From the human T2T-CHM13v2.0 reference genome, Homo sapiens, in assembly GCF_009914755.1 (NCBI RefSeq), contig NC_060925.1: a stretch of DNA of 64,000 nucleotides. One strand, written 5' to 3'. The number at the start of each line of letters is the position of its first letter. Within the stretch, counting starts at the first letter, position 1. Under the pieces are notes generated by a model. It saw only the letters and a list, made by a program, of their open reading frames with translations, was not told where the DNA came from and made no database searches. Made by a program: the position numbers and the translations under genes. Shown here piece by piece: positions 40,905-54,961 of the stretch.

Positions 40905-43499
40905 AAAACTGGTGCCCTTATAAGAAAATGAAAACACTGGAGCACTCTCTCCCATTCTCTCCCCGAGTGTGCACAGAGGAAAGGCCACGTGAAGCTACAG
41001 TGAGAAGGCGGCTCCCTACAATTCAGGAAGAGAGGTCTCACCAGAAACCAAATTTGCTGACACTTTGATCTTGAACCTCTTGCTTCCAGAATTGTGAGAA
41101 AATAAATGTCTGTTGTTTAAGCCTCCCAGTCTGTGGTATTTTGTTATGGCAGCCCAAGCAGACTGGTACACCATGCTAGGACTTCAAGATGGGTTGTCAT
41201 TAGAGGGCTTTAAACAAGGACAGGAGGACATTTGAAAGGATACTCTTGTGTGTAAAATATGGGCACAAAGTTGAAAGCTAAGCAATCAGTCAGGAGGTGC
41301 TTGCAATAATCCAGATGAACAGCGATAGTGGCTTTGACCAGGGTACTAGCAGTAGAGAAGGTGGTAAAGACTGGCTGAATCCTGAATGCAGTTTGCAGGT
41401 AGAGCCAACAAAATGTGCTCGTGGGTGAGATATGGGGTGTACAAAAGAGCAGGGTGGGTCAAAGGTGGCTCCAAGGTTCTGACTGAGCACCTGGAATACC
41501 AGAGTTGCCATTCACTAAGATGGAAAAGGTTATGGAAGGAATAGCTGGGGCAGATAATCGAGAGTTTAGTTCTGAATTTTCTTGAAGTTTGAGTTGCCAG
41601 CAGACATCCAATAGAGATGTTTGAGGATACAGATGGAGTTCTAAGTTCAAGGAAGTGATAGGATTGGAGAGAAATATGGATGGATAATATAAATATGGAA
41701 AAATATGGATATCATTAACATATGGATGGTAGTTAATGAGACAGGGTCATAAAAATTAAAAAAGTTACATATTTGTAAAGCTGTACATAAATTAATTGGG
41801 GTCTTTGCGTATTCTTCAGTATGCAGGGGCTTTTTTTATAGCAATCTCACAATATTTTTCTTCTTTGTGCTTTACTAATATTTCATACCATTTAAAAATG
41901 GGATAAGATGAGATACTTACTATCTACTAATACTTTACATATTTTGCTCTTCCCATAACATATTACAGGAATATCTCAGTTGCCAAATCTATTGATAGGT
42001 TTATCACCTATGTCATACTTAACTATGTGTTGGGAATTGTGCAAGCAACTGGAGAAATAATGAAAAAAATGCATTCCCAGCTTCAGTGAGTCATATATTT
42101 TCAATGGAGTGTTGTCAGCGTAATGATAAAGATATGCACAGGGAATCGTGGAATCCCAGGGGAAAGATGCCTAATCCATCCTGTAGGAGCCAGCAAAGAA
42201 TTCCCAGAGGAGGCACCAGCTGATCTGGGTTTGAGCAGAGTGGTGGGTATATGCAGGTGTGTGTAGGGGTAGCTGAGGTCATCATGCAGTCTGAGCACCA
42301 ACACAGGGCTGAAAGCACAGCTTGGTATGTGTATCAAAACCAAGGCAGGTCGGCAGGTGAGGGTAACATGGGAGGCAGGGTTGATAAAGACAGGATGCTG
42401 AGACTTAGACAAGGGCCAGGGTATGAAGATCTTCAGATTCTGTATTAGGGAGCATGAATCAACTTCAATCTTGGACAGGAGGTAGAATGTAAGAGGGCAT
42501 TAAATGTTTTTAGTAAGGGGAGTGCTTACAAATTAGTAATAGGCATCAGAGACATCTTAAGGCAATAACAACAAAGGGTAGAATATCTCTGTGTTATGAA
42601 GGTGTCCTCATATATAACTGATAAAGATAAAAACTTGCAAGGAAACTAGTCTTCAACAATAGGGAAATGACTAAATGAATTATAGTGGATCGACTTAATA
42701 ATGGAGCATTTACTCAATGGAATATTATTCAGTTGTTTACAATGATTGTTACTGAGAGTATTTGGCAGCATAGAGAAACACTTTTGGCATGGGTAAAACC
42801 AACTAAGCTTTATATTTGTATTTATAATCTGATACTAGTCATATAAAATGAAATATAAAAATGCATAATGTAAAGACTAGAAAAAATAAATATACCCAAA
42901 TGAGGGATGATGGTTATTTTTTGTTTTTTGTTTTTTTGCTAATTTCTAAACTCCACAGAATATGTTTAGATTAGTTTTAACATTAAAATTCATGAATACA
43001 TAAATAATCAAAAAGGGGCTTACAAAAACATGGCATATTGTTACTTTTCATTAATAAAAACAATAAATCATGTGTGATAACTTTATTAGAGTTAAATGAG
43101 GAGATAAAAATCAGTGTTTATATATTTTTTCATTTTATGAAGTACATGTTTTCAGCAGTTCTGGGCGAGGAGTGTCAGATGATAAGGCTGAGATCTGCTG
43201 AGAATGATGTCATCTGCAACGGTGTGCAAGTCCCTGCTCTTCCCCAGATCCTACCATGCAAACCATCCTTCTCCTAGTGCTTAGATCTAGCACAAATGCT
43301 GTCATCATCATAACTCAGCTTAGTTTTAACCTCATCTCAATAATCTGTATTGCTGAAGAGAAAGGTCTAATGCTCAGGATTATCACCTATTTCCTAATCC
43401 ATGGAGATCAAAGACACAGTTCATGTTCCTGAGGAGTCCCCCTAATGAGCTGGACTTCAGAAGACACCAAAGCAGTGAGGGAAGGGGCTTGAAGAATAC

Positions 43500-44460
43500 G
43501 TAGTTCACCAAATGGCAAAGGCAGGAAAGGGCATTCCAGGTAGAAGAAATGGTATGGAAAGAGTTGGATCTTTTCTTGTAACAGTCATAGGTAATCCAGT
43601 GTGGCTGGAAACAAATACAAGGGTGTGAGTGTTGGGGGTGTGTATGTGTGTGTGTGTTGAAAGGTGGGGATGGAAAGAGAGGGTTCTACAGATAAGGCCA
43701 GGAACTTTATAAAGTTCTTCATAAAGAACTTTAGTAAATAACTTTATAAAGTTCTTCATAAAGAACTTTAGTAAATAACTTTATAAAGTTCTTCATAAAG
43801 AACTTTAGTAAATAACTTTATAAAGTTCTTCATAAAGAACTTTAGTAAATAACTTTATAAAGTTCTTCATAAAGAACTTTAGTAAATAACTTTATAAAGT
43901 TCTTCATAAAGAACTTTAGTAAATAACTTTATAAAGTTCTTCATAAAGAACTTTAGTAAATAACTTTATAAAGTTCTTCATAAAGAACTTTAGTAAAGAA
44001 CTTTAGTAAGTAACTTTATAAAGTTCTTTATAAAGAACTTTAGTAAATAACTTTATAAAGTTCTTTATAAAAAGAACTTTAGTAAATAACTTTATAAAGT
44101 TCTTTATAAAAAGAACTTTAGTAAATAACTTTATAAAGTTCTTTATAAAAAGAACTTTAGTAAATAACTTTATAAAGTTCTTTATAAAGAACTTTAGTAA
44201 ATAACTTTATAAAGTTCTTTATAAATAACTTTAGTAAATAACTTTAAAGTCTCCAATAAGGAACTTTTCCAGTTCCAGTAGGCAAAGGGGAGCCACTGAA
44301 AAGTTTTAAGCAGAGGAGTCGCCTTTTCATATTTGTAATTGAGCAGGATACTCAGAGGGCAGTATGAAGGAGGGTTTGGAAGGAGTGAGACTAGAGTTGG
44401 AGCACTTTAAGAAGCTCTTGAGAAAATAATGTGTCCATGAACTAAGGCAAAGGCAGCAGG
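43500..44460 (-). mobile_element. L2 LINE fragment containing the 37-bp minisatellite
   Basis: GGAAAGGGCATTCCAGGTAGAAGAAA before the array; GGGAGCCACTGAAAAGTTTTAAGCAGAGGAGT after it. Confidence 0.7.
43702..44266. repeat. 37-bp palindromic AT-rich minisatellite, 14 full units plus a diverged partial unit
   Basis: Unit AACTTTATAAAGTTCTT(C/T)ATAAAGAACTTTAGTAAAT starts at 43703, 43740, 43777, 43814, 43851, 43888, 43925, 43962, 44012, 44049, 44088, 44127, 44166 and 44203. Confidence 0.98.
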
Positions 44461-46149
44461 TATGCCCTCTTTCATTCAACAAATACTGAGCATGCACTGT
44501 GCATCATGCTCAGCACTGGGGGTGTCTTCTTGTGAAAGAGATTACAGACAAGGTCGCTGCCCTCAGGGTGCTTACAGTCTAATGTACTGGAGAGGGAAGA
44601 AAATGTTTGAGTCTGTTTCAGAGACAGAATCAACAAGTGCTCTAGATACTCCCTTCAGTGCTGAAAACACAAACCATACAGAGTCCCACGGAAATCACAT
44701 TAGATAGGCCATCTTTCTAAAATTGTAATATTCATCCTTCTAATTGCAGATAAAAGAAAGGTCCCCAAAATACTTGGAATAGTCAGGCTTTAGAGGCATG
44801 GGCTTTCTCTCTGGCATGTGAAGTTGGAAGCTCTTGGTTTCAGCGGTTCCATCAAAGGCCACAGTCTGCAGAAGCATGGCACGAGAGGAAGTAGAGGCTG
44901 TGGGCAGAAGATGATGAGTGCAGATGCAGGTCTCGTGTATTACAGGTTTGCTCTCTGTGTCATTTGCTATGTGACTTAATGTGAGTTCCTCATCACTTGG
45001 GGCCTCAAATTCCTCATCTGCCAAAAAGGAAGTTGAAATAGATCATCTCTGAGGTTCCTTAGATTTCTAAAATTTCCTGCTTCCTTTTTTTGTTAAAATT
45101 TCTAGTTGAGGGGTATGTTTCCAGTGAGGTGGTGCACTCCTATTAATGTTTTATGTCTAAATGTATTGTATTAACTTATGTTTCTATAACCATTTATACT
45201 TTACCAAGTATTTTCACATATATATCACCCTTACTCTTCACAACCACTTCTAATTTCCTTTTTTTACAGGTAAGGGAATTGAGGCTAAATGAATGAGGAG
45301 GGTGACACAAGAAACCAAGCCCACACAGCTAACAAGTGGCAAAGGGAGCCTTAAGTTGGATTTTCAGCTTCAAAGCAGGGCCTCTATCCACTTCAAAAAG
45401 CTTATTGCACTCCCCTGAGAGCCTATTCCCTTGTTCTAATCAATCCATGTTTAGGATATAACAACTCAAATAGGGTATTAGGTAAGTTAAATGGGTTCAG
45501 CACTAAGGACTCACTAAAAGAGAAGAATGGCTACATTTTATTGAACCTAATTTGTGAGCCATCTGGGAACATTACCTTCAATGGGACACCCAGAGCTAGT
45601 GTCCCCAGCTGAGACACTGATAAATAAAGACATCAGCATTAGAGTAACATTAGAGCTGCAGAGAGGTAAAGAATCTAGGGGCATGCAAGCTCAGGAAAGT
45701 CTTTTTATTTTTCCTGAATGCACTTATAGAAGGAGACATGCTTGGCTTAAATGAAGGCTGCTGTTAGATGAAATTCCTATAGAAATGTCCTTTGGAAGAA
45801 TCATCTTGCAGCAAATTGGACACTCCCACAATGTTTGGTGTCTGAGTAACTTAGTCCTAGTGACTGCATTCAAACTCACTCCTGGCATTAGTGAGTTAAT
45901 TAGTGTCTTAATTTCCTCATCCTTAAAACATAATAATTATTTCCTCTAAGGTTGCTATAAGGACAAAATGAGCAAATTGAGGCCTGGGAGTGGAGGTGGG
46001 ATGGGTGAGTTGGGGTTAGCTCATTGCAGGGAAGCCAGCCAGCAGAGCTTTCTTCTTCATACAAATCTCCACCTCACTCCCTTTCCAACTTTGATCTTAT
46101 ATTCTTATATACCTGACTTAGTCTAAATTCCTGGTTTCTTCATGGATAA

Positions 46150-46478
<329 letters not shown>

Positions 46479-48714
46479 TTCCTTTTTTTTTTATAATTCA
46501 GTAACCCCAGCGTAATCTCTGAATAATATTTGTGTCAGGCTTATTTGTCTATGATCTGTCCAGAACAGATACTCTCCAAGTCTGGTTATTGCTATTCAAA
46601 TCTTTTCCTTTGCCGTCTCATTATCTATCCTCTCATCCTGTATCCTTCTCTTCCTCCTTCCTTCCAAGAAGTGCTCAAGAACTTAGAGATCACCTCCTCA
46701 ATTACAGGCTCCGAGATTTAGGGAAGTTGTGAGCAGTTCACAAATTTCATCCACATAGGTCTGGGTTAGAGTCCTAGTTCAGCAATTCACCAGTTGTGTG
46801 ACTATAAGCAAACTGCTTCACGTCTCTGATCTTCTGCCTCTTTACTTACAAACGCAGATAACAATAGCTTTCTCACATGTCCAGGGTCTGATTTATTATC
46901 ATTAGCATATGGAAGTGCTCAGTGATTTTTTTTTTAAGTTCTCAGAGCTAGGTGCTAGAAATAAAGATGCAAAACAAACAAGAAACAATGAAAAAACATG
47001 TCTCAGTACCATAGGAAAATGTAAAGAGTGAGAGAAAAATGCAAACAGAAAAATATAATATACCATGTTAAGTGATTTAATAAAGAATCTCCTGTTCCCC
47101 AAAGGACACAGACATTCCATACAGGAGGATTGCTGCTATTCTTTATCCATTGGAAGCTGATTCCCTAGCCCTTAGGTGCCTACTCTGATGTTGCTTGTCC
47201 CAAGCAGTAGGGAGCCTGTGTTGACCAGGTGCCCTGGAGCACCTCATTACACATTCTGGCACCACTCTGTAATAACAAGATCCACTTCCATATGTCTCCC
47301 CTCTACTCTACCTCTTTGCTCAGCCTTCTTGATCTGAGCTTATTATATATCCCCTCCCTCCCTCAAGCCCCAATCTTCTCTTGTCAACTGTAGGTGTCTC
47401 TTGGATCAAATTCATTTTCTCCCCAACGCTAAAAATAAAAATATTCACGTTACAACTCCATCCGTTGCCTGGAGATAACATTCGGCTCTTCACACAGGCA
47501 GACCTTCTCCAGCTGTGCCAATTTAATCCTGTTCTGTTGCTTCCTTCATTTTGAATAGGATACCTTTGGCAGGTGAGGTGTTATGAACATCAGCGTGTTA
47601 AATCTTTAGCAGAGAATAACTCTCCGGGGCATTTTTTGTTCCATTTCATTTTGTCCCAGATGCTGTCATAATGTCTGCTAATATCTCTAGACTTTCTCCA
47701 TGAGTTCTTTGGCAATTCATTAATACCTGTGCACCTCACACAAATATTACTTGAGCACCTACCATGTGCCAGATGCTGGACTACGGCACTTGTTTGACGC
47801 TTGTAAGATAGGCAGGATGTGTGTTGAGGGAGGACAATGGGGGAACAGCCAGCTATTTCTTCAACTTTGGCTATTGTTCACATATAAATGTGTGCAGGGG
47901 AGCAGAGTGAGGCTTGGTCATCAATGCGGATTTCAGCTGTCACCTTTTATCCTCCACATCTCTGTCTGGGGGCAATATACCTGCCAATTACGGAGATTTT
48001 TCTAGCCAGGTTTGTGCACTCACAATTGGCTGCCTATGTTGCACTTTAAGAATAAGATGTTCCTACAGTTACCTCTTCTCTTTGCATGGATACCCTCTGC
48101 TTGAGAGGTCAGGGGCTCTTGTCTTTGAATGGATAGTTATATGATTCATTCACACAGTTTCATTTGTATATACTTGATTTCATCACTTGGCTGTGTTCTT
48201 TTTTAAAAGTCTCTTACTTATAGCTTTTAGTTCCTTATTTGTAGTCAGATTTATAATAGATTGTTCTATCATGTCTATTTTTGCATTTGCTTTTATGTTA
48301 GTTATTAACTGGTTTGAGCAAGAGAATGTTTAGTTATTCTTTCATATTCAGTGTTTTCCCTTTGTGACATTTTTGATATATAAGGACTTTTTACATACAC
48401 TCTTATTCAAAAGGAACCACTATATATTTCATTTCTTCAGCTTCTTCAAGAAACAATTTAGGAAAAGATTTACTATGGTAGATCCTGAATAGTATACAAA
48501 TTTAGGTTATTACTACTTCAAGATATTTATTTGTATTAAAAAATGTGTCCTGATTTGCCACTCCATTACGAATTCTCAAGCTCAACACTTGGTCACAATT
48601 GGAACTTCCCTAACCTAGGCTTGGGCTAATCCGAGACTGGGTAGTCGGATTCAAGTTTGAAGGACCTCAAACATCTAGGACTGCTCAGGTTTCAGTGGAC
48701 TCAGAGAACGTCTG

Positions 48715-48860
48715 AAAATAGGCTGGTCAGCAATTAGTGTGTCCATTTCACAACTGAGAAAACTGAGGCCCGCAGAAGCTAAATAAACAGATGCAGTCAG
48801 CACTCTGTGGTGACCAGACACAAACGAGGGTCTTCTGATTCTAAATTCTGTGATTTCCTC
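48715..48860 (-). mobile_element. MIR SINE
   Basis: TCCATTTCACAACTGAGAAAACTGAGGCCCGCAGAAG. Confidence 0.7.
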
Positions 48861-49297
48861 TCTTCCCTCTATATCACCTTGTGCCTTGTCAACATTCAGA
48901 ATCAAGGCATTATCTTCGAAAGGCACAGGGAGGATGAGAAGGAAACAAGCCTGGTGAAATGGAATGGTCAGAAAAGCCTCTTTAGCATAGTACTACTTAC
49001 GGGGTTAATTTCATGAGGAGCCTGATTTGGAAGTTCAAAAGAGGCGAGAAACTAGACAGAATGAACTGGAATGGGTGAGGTCTGTGGCGATGAGGTGGTG
49101 AGAGGCTTTAGGGCTGAGAGGCGCACAAGTCCAGAAGAGAAAGTAGGCTATATCAGGACTGAAAAACATTTTTGGATTACAAGGTTAATTTCTTTTTTGC
49201 TGTATTACAGAAAAGGGAGTCATAGAGGGAAGCTAGAAAATAAATGTGCTGCCTTATGAAGTAGGGAATTCCCTATTATAAAAAGCTCATGCCTGTC

Positions 49298-50082
49298 TGA
49301 ATCAATCAGGGTGCAACCAGAGAAGCAGAAACAAGCACTTGTAGATGATGTATATGTGCATGCACATATGTGTGTGTATGCATATATATATACACACATA
49401 CATATATACACACATACCCACATATGTACATACACACATATATAATCTCTTAGTGGTTGGTTCTGTTTCACTAATGAAAAAATGAATACATTATATAATA
49501 TATATATATTTTATAACTATATATGCATTATTTATTTACTAGAGAGATTTGGCCTTACGCAATTGTGGGTGCTGGTTAAGCAGTCTGTAAGTCTGTTGTC
49601 TCACATCTGATGCTAGAGCTTGAAGCCCACTGGGCAAGCCATTAGGAAGGGAAAATGGATTTTAAAGGGGAAATTGAGAGCAGTTCAGAATCCGGAAGCA
49701 TGAGCTGAAATCCCATGAGAATGAATGAGAACCTTGGTTTTTACTGCTTTGCAGCTTGATGATGTGGGTGACCTGTAGAAGCCAGAGTCCTTTGTCAAAG
49801 AGTTAAGCACACACATCTGGACATGGACATGGAGAAGCTGAAGGAGAATCCAGGGAGGGGGAAAGCAGTTACAGGCCCACATGCTGCTTCATGCTGCCAA
49901 GGTTCATCTGGATCCACAGATGAGCAACAGCATGTGAGTTACAGGATGGCTGCCACCTCCCTTCTATCCTCCTATACCTCCCAAGTCTCCCTGTGGCCTA
50001 CCTAACTGAAAACATGCCAAGAAACCAGATTCTCGGTAATGTAATTCAATCTAGTCACGTTGGTATATTACAAAGCTACCAT
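49298..50082 (-). mobile_element. MLT2 (MLT2E/F-like) ERVL LTR with an internal TG/TA/CA microsatellite
   Basis: ATCAGGGTGCAACCAGAGAAGCAGAAAC terminus, then GAGATTTGGCCTTACGCAATTGTGGGTGCTGG typical of reverse MLT2; subfamily tentative. Confidence 0.6.
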
Positions 50083-50399
50083 GCTATCCAGGAAGGAATA
50101 TTGTAGCTGGCAGAGGGCTGACTGAGATGCTCTTTGGAGGCCCAGGAGAAGCTTAGAAACCTAGCAGGCCTTCTGACTGTTTAGCAGTGAGGTCATTTTC
50201 CAGCCAGGGAGGGCTCCTTGTGAACCCAGGGATTTAGCTGCTGTCTGTTTCTCTGCCCCTAGGAATTTTCATTTTATAAGACCAGCTATAGAGTAGGAAA
50301 GAGTCTCTTCAGCTTCTTCCTTCCTTGTTGTCAAAAAGATCAACATATCTGCCTTTTGCATTTTAAGGGTTTACAATGGTATATGTTTATTATTATGAG

Positions 50400-50625
50400 C
50401 AGTAATAACTGCTGACATTATAAGTCAAGACTGTGTAATGTTCCAGACCCTTTCACATGCATTATTTTGTTTAAGTCTTACAACAATACTCTATGGAAAG
50501 TATTATTGCTACCTTCATTTTCCTGATGTGAAACTGAAGCTTAAAGGGATTGATTTGCTCAATGTCAGACAGCTGTTATATCTTGGGGCAGAGATTTGAA
50601 TCTAAGACATTCAGCTTTGAAAAGC
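50400..50625 (-). mobile_element. MIR SINE
   Basis: CATTTTCCTGATGTGAAACTGAAGCTTAAAGGGATTGATTTGCTCAATGTCAGACAGCT...GATTTGAATCTAAG. Confidence 0.75.
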
Positions 50626-51291
50626 AACACCACCACTGCCACCAAAAATAACAGAGAAGAAAGGGGAAATTACCACCTGGTTAAGAGCCCTCTCGAAGTT
50701 TTTACACTTGGGGCCTGGATATCTAGAATCTCCTACTTTCTTTCAAATTGGAAAATGTGTGATTCTATAAGAATGAAGAAGAAAAGTAGGGTAAGTAGAT
50801 GGAATCTGAGGAAATAAAAACAAAGAGTCATATAGGAGGCACTAAAGGGAAGAACTGAAGAAGGGGGAGAAAAGAAAAAATAGCAAGAAAACATTTTTCT
50901 GTCTTGTTACCATCTTATTATCCAAATGGGAAAGGCATACTATCTCACCTATGATGGCTGCAGATGAATATAAAGATGGACAAATTAAAACAATACAATA
51001 AATGAATAACCAATAGCTCAATTATGCCAATTGAAGACTTTCAAGTAATTCTAAAAGGTAATGGCAAACAAAACAAAACAAAAAACCCACAAAAGAACAC
51101 TAAAGAATGGGGACAGTTGCTTTAGCAACTATTCAGAATGCATTCTGAACCTTCTCAGGACAAGTCCCTGGGCTACTACAAGGGTGGCTAATGAGGACAG
51201 GCAGGTAGTCTACCACGTCTAGGACACAACAATAGCATGAAAGCCTTTGAAAGTCACTGAGTACATGCTGGTGCACAAAACTCTGGTTGCT

Positions 51292-51771
<480 letters not shown>

Positions 51772-54700
51772 TCAGCACAGCATTGCTCTTCTGGGCTTAT
51801 TTCTGTCTGCTCTATATGATTATAGTTTACCTCATTGAGCTCCTTGTGGGGAGGGATCGTATCCTTCTCTTTTTGACATTTACATTAATGACAGTACAAG
51901 CACCTAGGGAACACTCTGAAGTGTGGAGTCACTGTACTGCTCCATATTCTACATGCTTGTTGCCAGGGCTACTGAAGCCTGGAAGTCCTTCCTTGCAAAG
52001 GACTCTCAAAGCTCTCGTTTCTTCTTTATCTCCACTGACACTGCCCTAGTTTACTTCATCATCTCTTTCTAGGAATAGATGAATAACCTTCAAACATCGC
52101 CTCCACTACCTTCAGCAATGCATGATTTTATCAATGATGCACCTTCAAATAAATGATGTGTCTCCATTTCAAAAGCATAGGATGTTTTCCAGTTGGAGAG
52201 GTGGTAACTCCTTGGGACTCCCCCGGAGGCGAACATCCAGGGCTCCCACCTTCTCCAAGGGTAGGCTTTGCTTACTTATTTTCTTTTTCCCCAAACCATG
52301 TAAATAACGTCCCCCTAGAGAAGTCTTCAGGTCAACATTTGCTCTTCCTTCTTTGGCTTGCTGATTCACCATTCCTAACTGACCAAGCCAGGAGGATACT
52401 GCCAAGCCCCTTAACCTTAACCCAAGCAGGAACACAGACCACTGAGTTTCCTCAATGTTTAAGGATGAATACTTTTAAAACAGAATATATCAATAGGTGA
52501 TAAGGATACCACATACCCAGATGTTATTTCCATCCTTCAAAGGTCTTTTGGCACATTGATCTTCTTAACAATCACAGAAGATAGATATTACTTTTTCTGC
52601 TTTATAAATCATCCAACAGAGGCTGAAAGGACTATGGTGACTTGGATAGGGCCTCACAGGGGCATAATGGCAGAGCTCAAATTAAAACATTGAAGTTCCG
52701 AGTCTAGGTAAGGCACATGTATGAGAAAGCTTTTACTCCATTGCTCTCAATGCTTACTGATTTTAAACTTCTAAGTCATCACAAATCTATATATTCTCAA
52801 CCTCTGTCTATAGGCAGAATGCATTAAAGAGATTTATTAGACAGGCAATCTAGAAAAGATGACTGTTTTCAGAAGCTACTGCTCCCTAGTCCTCCTTAGG
52901 TAGAAAACCTTAATTTGTCTTCCCAAATTCACTCTACCTCAGAGAATAGCTTTGTGGATGGAAAGGCAATAATAAAAGATCAAACTCAGTCCAGCATCAA
53001 ATGATCAGCCTCTTCTCTCTATTGCGGCAAATTACAGGCTTCCCCTAGGTGTAGCAGTTACTTACATGGTGAAGCTCATCTAAATAACCTGGCCATGCTA
53101 TGGTGGTGGTGGGGCAGAAGGAGGAGGCGAGTGTCCCCCGACCCCAACCCCATTTCTCATTGAACTCTATTCATTAGAGGAGGCTGGGGTGCAAATCAGC
53201 TTAACATGTCAATAAGCCACCAACGAAATGCAAAAATTGACAGTTGAGGAATCCCAGCTCCCAACCTCCTCCACTATAGAAACCATCAGTAAAAAGGTTT
53301 CTCAGCCTCCTCACCAGGTCACTTAAATGAGTAATGATATTTGAGTCCCTCAGAGTAATTAATTTCCTCTGTCTCCAAAAGCTTCTCATATTTTTAATGA
53401 ATTTTTACAAGTCTCAGATCCTCCAGCCTCCCCGCTCCTTCTCCAGTCCTGTTGTTCCCCAAGGTCCCATAACAAATAGCTCCCACTCATATTTGCCTTG
53501 CAAACTCACATAAACTGGAAATGATAAATATATTATCTGGGCTTTTAATGGACCATTGTTTAATTTTCTATGCTTGTCTGGCTGGAGAAGAGATGAATAT
53601 TACCTTGTGGAGAATAAGATTTCTGTTCCATTTAAGGGGGGTTAGGGGTAATCTATGGCAGAAGAGCAATGCTCTGTTCATCCTAATAGGCAGTGCTGCT
53701 AATTAAAAGTGTTGGAAGGGACATCCATCCACCAGTCTGTGATTCATTCAGCATTATCCCCAGTAAACAAGAAATAGATATTGGAATGAATGCTTCTAAT
53801 TTGTCAAAAGAATAGGCGTTTTCAATTGTGGATTCCTGGCTCCTGTATGAAGCACATAATTCAGGGTTGCCATCATTTAAAAGTTTAGGACGTCAAAATA
53901 ACAGTACTTTCCCTTTATGCTCGTAAATCTCCAAGTCTGTTTTCCATGTTTCTGCATTTATCTTACATATTGTTTGAGTTTATTTTCCACAGTTGAGAAT
54001 AGTTTCCTCTGTTGGTAAATATATTAAAATGGGCAGTGGGACAGAGGGGTGCATTTAAGAAAGAGAGCTAACATAGTTCTGTTGAAAATCAAGCCAATCT
54101 GAGATGATCTATTAGAAGTGGCTAAAACAGAGGCAGGAAAACCTAAGGATCCTGATGACATTTTCTAGGTACCTAAAGAAAAGACAAAAGAGAACCAATA
54201 TTCTCTTCCTCTAACCATAAACACAAAGCCGACTAGAGAAAAGCAACCCGAAGCACCAATTCCAAAGGCTCCATGAACCCTCTGATATGTTTTAAGAAGG
54301 AATACAAAATACAAAAGCTACCACTTCGAGAGAACCCAGAGATATTTGTGGGAAATTTTCCCAAAGAGAAAGATTTTCCTTGTACCAACGATACCCAGCC
54401 AGACTCAAATATTTACCTTTGTGTTGTACAAAAGAGTTCTTCAATCATGAAGACTGAGAGTCAGGGCTCACCACCATGTCTTGCTGAGTGCTGAAAACAA
54501 ACAAAACATGATATTTAAAAAAGTAAATATTAATTATTTAATGGTCTTGTTTTTCTTCTCTCTCAGTAAAGAAACATTTACTAACTTCCTCCCATACACC
54601 AGGCACTGGGAATAGAGAGATGGATAAAATAAAAATACCACTGACGAAAAAGTCAACAAATACAGACCACTGTGCGTGTTAGGCAAGAGGTAGTCACAGA

Positions 54701-54961
54701 ATGCCTCTTAGAAGAGAATCAGGATACGTGTGTCTGTTTGTATCTGAGATACATACATATGCACATACATACATATCTACACATACACAAAAGAGTCTAA
54801 GAATTTTTAAAGAACTTCCCCACATTTTTAATTCATCTGACTTTCTAAAGGGCTTGGGCTCTTGCCTTGAGATCAGTAAACAGGCAGGCACTGGAGAAAA
54901 TGTTGAGTCTTAAAAGCGATCAGACCCTTTAATCTGTAATTCAGCTTCCGGATTCCTTCTT

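Noticed and set aside
43702-44266. CRISPR-like array (37-bp palindromic repeats)
   Set aside because: Units are contiguous with no unique spacers, there are no cas genes, and the context is primate DNA.
45496-45516. REST/RE1 site (TTCAGCACTAAGGACTC); also half-sites near 28080 and 37342
   Set aside because: The right half deviates from GGACAG at core positions; only left half-sites match.
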